Shown: piece after piece, positions 28,693 through 37,612 of the stretch
Position numbering within the stretch: position 1 is the stretch's first letter
Layout: every line of letters starts with the position of its first letter
Assembly: GCA_017610205.1 (NCBI GenBank)
Contig: JAFCCL010000004.1
Coordinates: 1-64,000, forward strand
Reading direction: 5' to 3'
Length of the DNA: 64,000 nucleotides
Source of the DNA: Candidatus Iainarchaeum sp.
GTDB lineage: Archaea > Iainarchaeota > Iainarchaeia > Iainarchaeales > GCA-2688035
The notes under the pieces: generated by a model
What the model saw: the letters and a program-made list of their open reading frames with translations, nothing else
What the model was told of the DNA's origin: nothing
Database searches by the model: none
Made by a program: the position numbers and the translations under genes

Positions 28693-29757
28693 CTAAAAAA
28701 ACAAAAACAGGGCGGTAAAAAATGACAAAATTGTCCCTGCAAAAATTATCGGGGCAAAAGGAAGGGTTTCCTGCACAAGCACAAAATCAAAACTTGGCTT
28801 TTTTTCTTTAACTGCCTTTTTCAAAAGAGCAATGTCTTTTTTGTCAAGTCCCTTGGGACCTGATTCAATAAACGGCTTTTCTTTTATTTCACCAAATATG
28901 TTTACAAAAGACGGAAACAGTGGCTTTTTTTTAAAAAGTTTTCCGGATCTTAAGACAACTGTTTCAAGCAAAACCATTCCAGGCTTTAGCTTGCTTATAT
29001 ACACCGGTTTTCCAAAACAGGTAATGCCAAGCCTTAGCACAAAAAACAGGAGTATGAGAACAAAGAAAAGGAACAATAAGAAAAATGAGATAAATTCAAT
29101 TGTTAAAATTTCCGGTGCTTTGAGAAAAAGAAAAAGCAGGGCAATTGCGGAAAAAAAGTAAATTGATTTTTTTGGCAAAAGAAATTCAACGCACGAAACC
29201 AGTACAAACAGCAGAATTGCAAGCGTAAAAAAATCCAGACGAATTGGAAGAAGCGGAAGGAAAATGGAAAGAATCCAGTAAAATGAAAAAAGAAAAATTG
29301 CAACTGACAGAACAAGAGCTGGTTTGAACGTCTGCTTTAAGGCATCAATTTTTTGGCTGGAAGTAGTTTTGAATAAAACAAGACCTATCAATAACAGGAA
29401 GGCAGGTACAAAAGAATTTACTAAAATTGTAAAAGCCGGAAAAAGCGAGGCTGTGGAAAAAAACGGAAGTGGAAAAAGCAATGCAAATGCAAGAAACAGC
29501 TTTGAGTCACCAGCACTCCAAAGCCCTGAAAGCCATAAAAGAAAACCCAGTAAAAATGCAAGAATGCCGTTTAGAAAAAATTCCGAAAAAGAAAACCCGT
29601 TCAAAAAGTTGAGAAAAAAAGCAGCAGCCATTGCAGGAAAGACAATGTTGTTTTTTATTATTCCTTTTTTTAAGTCAGTGTACGAAACAATAAAGCCAAC
29701 AAGGCAAATGCACAAAATATTCAGCGAAACAAACACTGCCTGCATTAAAAAAACCAA
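28693..29757 (-). CDS. A24-family (prepilin/preflagellin-type) aspartic peptidase
   Basis: SYTD...G.I.N, W.AGDSKLF, L.PGM, C-terminal LPFAP.IF.G; multi-TM. Confidence 0.88.
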   Translation of the reverse strand: MVFLMQAVFVSLNILCICLVGFIVSYTDLKKGIIKNNIVFPAMAAAFFLNFLNGFSFSEFFLNGILAFLLGFLLWLSGLWSAGDSKLFLAFALLFPLPFFSTASLFPAFTILVNSFVPAFLLLIGLVLFKTTSSQKIDALKQTFKPALVLSVAIFLFSFYWILSIFLPLLPIRLDFFTLAILLFVLVSCVEFLLPKKSIYFFSAIALLFLFLKAPEILTIEFISFFLLFLFFVLILLFFVLRLGITCFGKPVYISKLKPGMVLLETVVLRSGKLFKKKPLFPSFVNIFGEIKEKPFIESGPKGLDKKDIALLKKAVKEKKPSFDFVLVQETLPFAPIIFAGTILSFFTALFLFF

Positions 29758-29770
29758 TTTAACTGCCTAC

Positions 29771-32700
29771 TTAGGAAATATTACAACTTGCTTCAGGCCA
29801 ATCAGGAATTGTTGACTTTACAGTGTCAAGCTCTGAAATTACCTTCTGCGGGTTCCACCAGAAATAATATCCTTTATTATCTGACGAAACACAGACATAC
29901 TCGTCTGTTATTAGGTTTAGCACATTCTCCAGTGTTACAGCTCTTGTTCTGCTATCAGTATAAGTTAGTGAAAGAGGGGTGTTTGTGGTTTCTGTACGCC
30001 CATTAGGTGAATAAAAATAGCTGTTGTTCTGGCAGGATTTTCGCAGATTAAGTTCATAACTTTCAGGAACATAGAATACTGTTTCAAAGTAAAGCTGTTC
30101 TTCCTGAACAGGGCCATAAACAAAGCCGTAAGAACCAGGAACGGAAGCAGCACATGTTCCGTCAACAACAGAGCTGTCCAAAATCCTGTTTGCAAGATTG
30201 CTGCCATAGTAGTCAACGCAGGTACCATCTGGCTTCATTGTAGAGCCGGTTCCTGTCCAAGAGTTCATAAAGGTTGTACTTGAAAGCAGTATATTTCCAG
30301 ACACATCCCTAAGCCAATAGTAGGCTTCAACTTTTCCCTGGTCAGGAGCCATTTGCAAAAGAACAGGTGTTGCGGTTGACGGTGCAAAAACAATCCTTGT
30401 TTGATTTTGCAAAACATTTAGAAGCAATCCTGCATCAGTGTTGTTTACAGCACCAAAATCTGAGAGTACTGCAGTGTCAATACTCTTTCTTCCGCTTGAA
30501 GAATCTGTTTCAAAAGACGCGCCAAGCGGAGACTTTATAACTGCCAAAGGCTGGTTTTCATTATTAAACTCAATGCCGTAATCGTCCCTGGCGCCACCTT
30601 CATATATGCCAATTTCGCCGTTAAAAGGAAGGTGATAGAACGGATTCTGTGTTATTGGATCTGAATTTTTAATAATCTCAACTTTTATGTTGGCAAGCAA
30701 ATCAGTGTTTACATCGGCGTTGAAGAAATTAAACTGGTCATTGTCAAAGAGCAAGCCCATGTAAATCTCATGCATGCCTGCGTCAACAAGCCCTGTATCT
30801 TGACCTCCGTTAGAACTTGCATTGGTTGTGTCAAATTCAAACCTGCCTGTGTTGTCAACAAGGTATTTTTTCCAAGGGTGCTCTATATGATTTAAAACAT
30901 CTGCTGAAAATAACTGGTCAGAGTAGTAATCAACAAAATCATGCCTGAAGTCATCTGTATAAGCATCCTCTATAAGATATGCATTAAACTCCTGCATCTG
31001 ACGCAGAGTAGGAAGATTCTCAGTAAGGTCGTCTTCGGCAAGCTCCCTCATTTTTTCAAGCCTTTTAATTAAAGAAATTGTAAATTGTGTCGGGTCACAA
31101 TAAATAAAATCAGGATTGGTGGAATCACAACTGTCAAAATTTATTGAATCCCAATCCCAGTTAAGCAAAATGCGCGGTTCTGCGCCTGGACCAGTACTGC
31201 CTCTTAGGCCATCCTTGCCAACACATTGGTCTTGGCTTTGACCAATAAGCCTTATGTGAAATCTCTCTGTTCCATGCTGGCTTTCCTGTTCAGGTGTGCT
31301 TACAGACACAACAATATTAGCCCCTGTACTATAAGGATCTTCTGAAATTGTTGTACCGGTATCGGAAAATGTTACTGTTGCAAATTGTGAATCTTCGCTT
31401 AGAACATATCTTACATCCTGATAATCTCCAATTCCTACCAAGTCCTGATTTGGCGGCAATTCATTTGTAAGAAATGGTTCACCTGAACGAATAGTTGTTG
31501 TAGTAGTGTCAAGTAAAATTTCATTTTCTTTCATTAAAATGTAATCCAGCATTATCTTGTCTATTTTTACAGTTGTATTGCTGTTGTTCTCAAAAGCAAT
31601 TACTTCAGCCTGCGGCAAAAGGTCAAGTCCTGCAGTCCATGTCCAAAACTTGTCGTCTACGCCAACTTCGTCAGGTCCTATATCAAAAAATGACGCATTG
31701 CTCCAACTTCCATCGGAATAAATGTAATATTTCACATAAGGCGGTTCAACTGTATTTCCCTGCCTATCCATTTCAAATTCATTAGTATCGCTGTTTGAAG
31801 TAAATGTTATTGCAGTTACCCTTTTTGGGTTGTCTGGCTTGAGTTCGGAGTAAATATTTTCAAGGCTTTCTCCTGAAAATATTTTAGAACTTCCTTCAAC
31901 CGAAATTGCCAAAATGTCTCCGTCATCAAGTTCAAGTGGGTTACTTGAACTTCGATTAACAGGCGTTGTCTGCGTATTTGTTACAAGAAGTCCCCGTTTA
32001 AAAACTTGGTAGGTTAAAGTTATGTCACCCTCTGCATCTGCACCTTCACTAATTACATCGGCAACACCTGTACTGTCTTCAACTTCAATTAAGGCATATT
32101 CTTCACCCATTAATATATTGTTCCTTATTGTGAAATCAATCCAGCCTTTGTGGTCTTTATCTGTGCTTATATAACTCCATTTTGCAGAAGTGACTTTGGT
32201 AAGTAATTCAGGATCTCCCTTTGACTCCAAGGCAATTGTGTTTGCTATATGGCCAATTGAATAAGGCATTGAAACAGCACTTGAACGATAGCCATCAACT
32301 GCACAGCCTGCAAGTGTGCTGTCAGGACCGTCAAGGTTTAAATTGCAAATATTGTGCTGACCCTGCCATATTGCGTTAATTGTTACGTCTTCCAAAAACT
32401 TAGTGCCCTGCAAATAATATGTTTCTGTGTCAACCCAGCCAACGTTGTCAATTGCAGGGAAGGAAAGCCTTCGGTCGGCAATTGTGCTTCCTTCAACATA
32501 AACTTTGTGCCAGCCATCTCCAAAAGCTTTATCCGAAGCAAGTGCTATTTGGTATGTTTCCTCCTTATCTCCCGCGGATGTTACAATAATTTTTTCAATT
32601 TCTGGCTCTTTGGCTTCGGCTGAAGCAGTGTATGGCAATTCAGAGGTCACATTTGTCCAGGAGTCCCTGCTTGTTTGTGCCCAAACCCTGTGCCTGTTGC

Positions 32701-35700
32701 CGCCATTGTGTTCTTCATCAGTCATTAAAAAATCAATCCAGTTTATGAAAACATATCCTCCACTGTCAACAATGTTGATAAAGAGATTTCCTCCTTCATC
32801 AAAATCGGCTTGGTTGGTAAAAAGGTTTGTTTGCGAATCAAAGTCAACTTTTTGCTTTAGCTTTTCAACCCCTGGCTGTGTGAGAGGAGTATAAATCAGC
32901 GAAAAAAGCTCTTCAACTGCACTATAATCATGCACCTTGTCAACCATTGGCAGCATCAAGTCCTCAAAATAAGTATAGTCCTTGTTTCTTATCAGCCCAT
33001 CTGACGGTCCGGCTTTAAGGTCAAAACTTGACTTCATTGCAGAATCGTCGCTAGGATATTCTGGGTCAGCAAGCCTGAATTTGCTGTTTGGGTCAGTAAC
33101 ATAAACTCTTGCAACTGCAAGCGGACCTGAAAATCCTGCGGCCGAATCATCAGATGCAAGCTTTGCCATTAACCCAATGCCATATTCACCCATGTAAATT
33201 GGATAAGGCGAATTTTCCACTGTTTCAGCATAAACAGTTATTGTTTCAGAGTAGCTTGGATTTAAATCAAATGGTTCGGAAGAATCAATTCCGTTTTCTG
33301 TCCTTAGTTCAGAGTTAAGCTGAATTACAACTGTTGAATCACAGCCATTTGTTATTGCAAAGGTGTCTGTTTGAGGGGTTGCTCCCAGAGCAGGCTTTTC
33401 AAAGCGAATGCTTACATCGCTTGAAGAATTTTTTTCAATTGAAATGCATTCAAGGTTTGGGTTTGGAATTGGAGGACTTGTGCCAACCTCTATTTCACTT
33501 TCAAAAGTTTTATAGCCTGCTTTTCTTACAGTAATCGTTACACTTGAAAGACCGGCCAGTTGCTCAATTCCACTTATCATGAATTCTCCAGCACTTCCAG
33601 TAATTGTAGTTAATGTACCAGTAGCTACTTCAAGGAACACTGTTGCCCCTTCTATTGGAGCAGCTTCCTGAAGAACTGAATCCATAACTTTTCCGTAAAG
33701 AGTTTGGCTTCCAATATTTGGATTCAGTTTGTCAGGAGTATGAGTAACTTTAAGCTCTAAATTGCTTTCAATTGCAAAGCCTATTTTCTTATAGGAAGGA
33801 CCGTCTTCTGTATCCAAAGTGAATTGCAGTCCTGTTGAAACTGTTTCCAAAACAGAATAGATTTGAACCTCTCCTGAAATTTCAGTATCTTTTTGGAAAG
33901 AAAATTGTTCAGTCAAAGCTTTTGGCCCGTGGTCAAATGGTTCTGATGATACAAACGAAACTGAAGTTGGAACAGGAGCAGTGTTTTCCGCAAATATTGT
34001 TGCATTGAAAAAATCACGGTTACTGCAATTGTAAATTCTGTATGAAAGAGTATATGCTTCATTCATTGAAAGCTGGTTTATTGCACCCAGAGCAGTGTCA
34101 ATTACTTCTATTGAACCGTCAGGCTTGGTGAGATTAAAAGCCCAGGCAAATTCTTCATCTTCACACAAGGCTGCATCAACAAGGAAAATTTTAACCTTGT
34201 TGGCAGTAACAGTTGTTTCTTCCCCTGATGTTGCCTTGGCAATGTAATGCAGTTTAAGTTCTTCTCCATCTTCAAGACCTGGTTCAACATTAAACTTTAC
34301 AACAAAGGGAACAACCTGTATTCCCTCCAAATCAGGATAATACAAATTTACCTGCTTTGCACTGGTGTCAACAGACGGCTGCATGCCATCAGGGCATTCA
34401 AGCGGATCAATAAAAGGGTCTTGAGCGGAATTATTCCAACAGCTTGACATCGGAGCTGCGGTAAAAAGCGGGCCTGTTACTCCCATTATTTTAATTTTGT
34501 ACCCATTTGGCAAAGGAAGATTTAATTCAGAGTCCAATCCAGCTCTTACATGCTGTACAATATCAGTGTAGGAAATATCTTCGGTAAAAAGAAGTTCAAA
34601 CCTTGCATAGTATGAAAGTGTTCCAAGTTTATCTGATTGAACCCAAGCTGTTTTGATTTCAGCATCTGAATCTTCATAAAGGCCTTCAAATATTGTGTCA
34701 ATTTTTCCAATTTCTGGCGAAATGCTTATTTCAGGCATCAGGCCTATTGAAACATCGGCTGTAACACCGTCCATTATATCAATTGTTGAAACAGACCACT
34801 CTGAAACAAAATTTGCTGCGGTTGCCATTACCAAAATTTCTCTGTCAGCAGGAATTGGATTTGATTCACATTTTCCATCAACATCAGTTTGACAACTTGC
34901 AATAACTATCATTGAACCATTTGCGTCAACAAAGTTAACAGTTGCGCCGGAAACAGGTGTTTGTAAGGAAGACTCCTGATTAAATACAAGAACTTCTACA
35001 GCGCCCTCACCAAGAACAAGAATAAGTTCCAAAAGCGCGCTTTCGCCTGCAACAACAGTTATTTGGCCAGACACCCCAGTAGGATTAAATGTTGCTCTTG
35101 CAAAATATGTTCCAGGCGCAAGATTTGTAAAAGTATAACTTCCATTTTCCAATGTTTGGCCAGGAGGAGTGTTAAGAGGAATTTCAGGATAGGTTACATC
35201 GTAAAGGGTTGCTTCAGCATCTTGAACAGGCTCAAGGGCTTCGTTTAAAACAGTAAGGGTTATTTTAGCACTTGTTGGATTTGGCTGCTCCAGTGTTGAA
35301 CGTGCCATTGGAACATTTATTGGCTCTGTATCTGAAAGCTCTTTAAGAGGAATGTTTGACTCGATTTTTGTTACAAAATCAGAGTGGGTTAACACAACCA
35401 GATAGGATGAATCAGGGTTTGAAAGATTTTTTTCAACTATTCCAAGGCTGGTGCTTGCAGTGCTATCAATCAAAACATTATTTTCATAAATAAAAGCCTG
35501 TGCATTTGAAACAGGGTTTGAAGTGCCTTGTTCTATAAGCTTTAAGTAAATTTTTTTCATATCTACCTGGTCTGCATTTGGCAAAGTAATTGTTATAGTA
35601 GTTGTTTCACCAACACTAACCAGAATTCCTGACTTTTGACCTGTTCTTCCATCAGGCGAACTTGCAGAAACCGTGTAATTTCCTGGAGCAAGATCTGACA

Positions 35701-36568
35701 AAAGCGCTGTACCACTTAATGATGTGCTTGAACTTGCTTTCTCAGAGTTACTTGTTTCATCTAATGCCCTTACAGTAACATCAGGCTCTTTGTTTCCTGA
35801 ATCGTCTTTTACTATTACAGTAATGCTCCCAGTAGTGCTTTTGGAAGTCATTCTGATATAAGTTACACTTGAAGAAATGCTTTTGCTTGCCTTGTCATAA
35901 CCAGAAGCATCTGCTGTTGCAGTTAATGTTGGACAGTTGCTTGGCTGCACTACCTTGAACTCGCCTGTGTTGCCAGATTGTGATGGAGGGGCAAAGCCCC
36001 CATTGGTGCACACAAAACTTAGAGTGACATTGCTTATAGTCCTGTTTGTTTTGCTATCAACTACTTTAATTGTCCTGTCAGAATCCTGAAGAGAAACTGC
36101 AGGAATTTCAGGCTGCATTGTAACCGAAACCGTTTCATCAGCTAGTAAAAAAATTGAACTTTTAAGGTCTTGAAAGCCATCCTTGGAAAACAAGGCTTCT
36201 GCTTTAATCTCCTTTTCAGGAATATCAACCCTTGCCTCACCCCAGCCATCGGTAAGAAACTCTACAGTCTGCCCGTCCATAACCAAATTTACCAATGTTC
36301 CGTCAAGCACCTGGTTTTGATTGTCAACAACCTTAATTGTTGCGGTCAAAACACCGCCTGAAGTGAACACAACAATGAAAAAAACTGCGAGCAAAAATGC
36401 TAATGCAATCAAAAGTGCAAACGACGGCACTATCTTGTCAATTGGGTCAGTTATCTTATAAACAGGAATATGCTGGTTTATTTTGTCCAAAATATGGTAA
36501 TATCTGTCTTCAAGGAAATAGTATCCTTTCTTGAAATAGCCAACAATTTTTTCCAAGGGATTGCCCAT
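29771..36568 (-). CDS. Giant (~2265 aa) acidic surface protein with N-terminal anchor and repeated beta-sandwich (carboxypeptidase-regulatory-like) domains
   Basis: N-terminal TM, repeated V.V.D....PV..A.V / T...G...F..L.PG.Y motifs, paired Cys; ATG 36568 (GTG 36577 alternative). Confidence 0.85.
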   Translation of the reverse strand: MGNPLEKIVGYFKKGYYFLEDRYYHILDKINQHIPVYKITDPIDKIVPSFALLIALAFLLAVFFIVVFTSGGVLTATIKVVDNQNQVLDGTLVNLVMDGQTVEFLTDGWGEARVDIPEKEIKAEALFSKDGFQDLKSSIFLLADETVSVTMQPEIPAVSLQDSDRTIKVVDSKTNRTISNVTLSFVCTNGGFAPPSQSGNTGEFKVVQPSNCPTLTATADASGYDKASKSISSSVTYIRMTSKSTTGSITVIVKDDSGNKEPDVTVRALDETSNSEKASSSTSLSGTALLSDLAPGNYTVSASSPDGRTGQKSGILVSVGETTTITITLPNADQVDMKKIYLKLIEQGTSNPVSNAQAFIYENNVLIDSTASTSLGIVEKNLSNPDSSYLVVLTHSDFVTKIESNIPLKELSDTEPINVPMARSTLEQPNPTSAKITLTVLNEALEPVQDAEATLYDVTYPEIPLNTPPGQTLENGSYTFTNLAPGTYFARATFNPTGVSGQITVVAGESALLELILVLGEGAVEVLVFNQESSLQTPVSGATVNFVDANGSMIVIASCQTDVDGKCESNPIPADREILVMATAANFVSEWSVSTIDIMDGVTADVSIGLMPEISISPEIGKIDTIFEGLYEDSDAEIKTAWVQSDKLGTLSYYARFELLFTEDISYTDIVQHVRAGLDSELNLPLPNGYKIKIMGVTGPLFTAAPMSSCWNNSAQDPFIDPLECPDGMQPSVDTSAKQVNLYYPDLEGIQVVPFVVKFNVEPGLEDGEELKLHYIAKATSGEETTVTANKVKIFLVDAALCEDEEFAWAFNLTKPDGSIEVIDTALGAINQLSMNEAYTLSYRIYNCSNRDFFNATIFAENTAPVPTSVSFVSSEPFDHGPKALTEQFSFQKDTEISGEVQIYSVLETVSTGLQFTLDTEDGPSYKKIGFAIESNLELKVTHTPDKLNPNIGSQTLYGKVMDSVLQEAAPIEGATVFLEVATGTLTTITGSAGEFMISGIEQLAGLSSVTITVRKAGYKTFESEIEVGTSPPIPNPNLECISIEKNSSSDVSIRFEKPALGATPQTDTFAITNGCDSTVVIQLNSELRTENGIDSSEPFDLNPSYSETITVYAETVENSPYPIYMGEYGIGLMAKLASDDSAAGFSGPLAVARVYVTDPNSKFRLADPEYPSDDSAMKSSFDLKAGPSDGLIRNKDYTYFEDLMLPMVDKVHDYSAVEELFSLIYTPLTQPGVEKLKQKVDFDSQTNLFTNQADFDEGGNLFINIVDSGGYVFINWIDFLMTDEEHNGGNRHRVWAQTSRDSWTNVTSELPYTASAEAKEPEIEKIIVTSAGDKEETYQIALASDKAFGDGWHKVYVEGSTIADRRLSFPAIDNVGWVDTETYYLQGTKFLEDVTINAIWQGQHNICNLNLDGPDSTLAGCAVDGYRSSAVSMPYSIGHIANTIALESKGDPELLTKVTSAKWSYISTDKDHKGWIDFTIRNNILMGEEYALIEVEDSTGVADVISEGADAEGDITLTYQVFKRGLLVTNTQTTPVNRSSSNPLELDDGDILAISVEGSSKIFSGESLENIYSELKPDNPKRVTAITFTSNSDTNEFEMDRQGNTVEPPYVKYYIYSDGSWSNASFFDIGPDEVGVDDKFWTWTAGLDLLPQAEVIAFENNSNTTVKIDKIMLDYILMKENEILLDTTTTTIRSGEPFLTNELPPNQDLVGIGDYQDVRYVLSEDSQFATVTFSDTGTTISEDPYSTGANIVVSVSTPEQESQHGTERFHIRLIGQSQDQCVGKDGLRGSTGPGAEPRILLNWDWDSINFDSCDSTNPDFIYCDPTQFTISLIKRLEKMRELAEDDLTENLPTLRQMQEFNAYLIEDAYTDDFRHDFVDYYSDQLFSADVLNHIEHPWKKYLVDNTGRFEFDTTNASSNGGQDTGLVDAGMHEIYMGLLFDNDQFNFFNADVNTDLLANIKVEIIKNSDPITQNPFYHLPFNGEIGIYEGGARDDYGIEFNNENQPLAVIKSPLGASFETDSSSGRKSIDTAVLSDFGAVNNTDAGLLLNVLQNQTRIVFAPSTATPVLLQMAPDQGKVEAYYWLRDVSGNILLSSTTFMNSWTGTGSTMKPDGTCVDYYGSNLANRILDSSVVDGTCAASVPGSYGFVYGPVQEEQLYFETVFYVPESYELNLRKSCQNNSYFYSPNGRTETTNTPLSLTYTDSRTRAVTLENVLNLITDEYVCVSSDNKGYYFWWNPQKVISELDTVKSTIPDWPEASCNIS

Positions 36569-36646
36569 TAAGAACACTCTGCTAAAAAGCCTTTTAGGAG
36601 GCTTATATTTTTCATTAATAGAATAGTTTTAGTATTAATAAATTTT

Positions 36647-37576
36647 GTGCAGGCAAGATTATTGTTGATAATGCAGGAAAAACAAGGTGCTGAAGTTGCA
36701 GAAATAAAACTTGGATACGAATGCAATAATAACTGCATTTTTTGCCTAAATGAACATATGAAACCCCTTGGCAAACTCTCTTTTGAAAAAGCAAAAAAGG
36801 CAATTGACAGGGCAAAATCCCTTAAATGCAAAACTGTTATTTTTACAGGGGGAGAACCAAGCATTAGACCGGATTTTTTTGAATTATGCAATTATGCAAA
36901 AAAACAAGGGCTTGAAATTGAAATTCAGACAAACGGCAGAAAATTTTCTGAAAAAGAATTTGCAGAAAAAATTTCAGCTCTTGGAATTAAATTGTTTGTT
37001 GTTTCAATTCACGCACACAATGCAAAATTGAACAAAATTCTGACAGGAACAGATTCTTTTAATGAAACAATTCAGGGAATCAAAAACCTTGCATTGCTTG
37101 GAAACAAAATTGTTTCAAATACCGTTATAACAAAACAAAACATGCAAAATTTGAAAGAAATTGCAAAAATGCTTCTTGAACTAAACGTTGCAAAGGTTCA
37201 GATTACATGGCCTGAAGCAAGCGGTGCAGCACTGGCAAACTTTGAAACAGTTGTGCCAAGACTCAGCCAAGCAGCCCCTTTTGTAAGAGAAGCTTTGTTT
37301 GATGAACGAATAGGAATTGCCGGAATGCCACTGTGCACAATTGGAAAAACGTTTGAAAAATTTTGCGCTTTTCAACAGGAAAAAGTTGACTTTGATTTTG
37401 GAAAAGTGTGCAAATCAACAAAAGAAAGAAGAAAAAAGGAACGGGTTGAAAAGCCAGAGTTTTGCAGCAGGTGTGAAGCAAACCAGTACTGTGACGGAGT
37501 ATGCAAACAATACCTTAAAAAAAATGGCGCAACAGAGCTAAAGCCAATTCACAAAAAAAGAATAATGCATTTTTAA
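36647..37576 (+). CDS. Radical SAM protein, HxsC-like
   Basis: KLGYECNNNCIFC, FTGGEPSIR.D, IQTNGR, NTVITK.N, VPRLS, MPLC, C..C.....C.GV...Y....G..ELKP. Confidence 0.8.
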   Translation: MQARLLLIMQEKQGAEVAEIKLGYECNNNCIFCLNEHMKPLGKLSFEKAKKAIDRAKSLKCKTVIFTGGEPSIRPDFFELCNYAKKQGLEIEIQTNGRKFSEKEFAEKISALGIKLFVVSIHAHNAKLNKILTGTDSFNETIQGIKNLALLGNKIVSNTVITKQNMQNLKEIAKMLLELNVAKVQITWPEASGAALANFETVVPRLSQAAPFVREALFDERIGIAGMPLCTIGKTFEKFCAFQQEKVDFDFGKVCKSTKERRKKERVEKPEFCSRCEANQYCDGVCKQYLKKNGATELKPIHKKRIMHF

Positions 37577-37612
37577 CGAAACAGATTTTTAGCTTCTTTG
37601 CCCAATTGCAAC

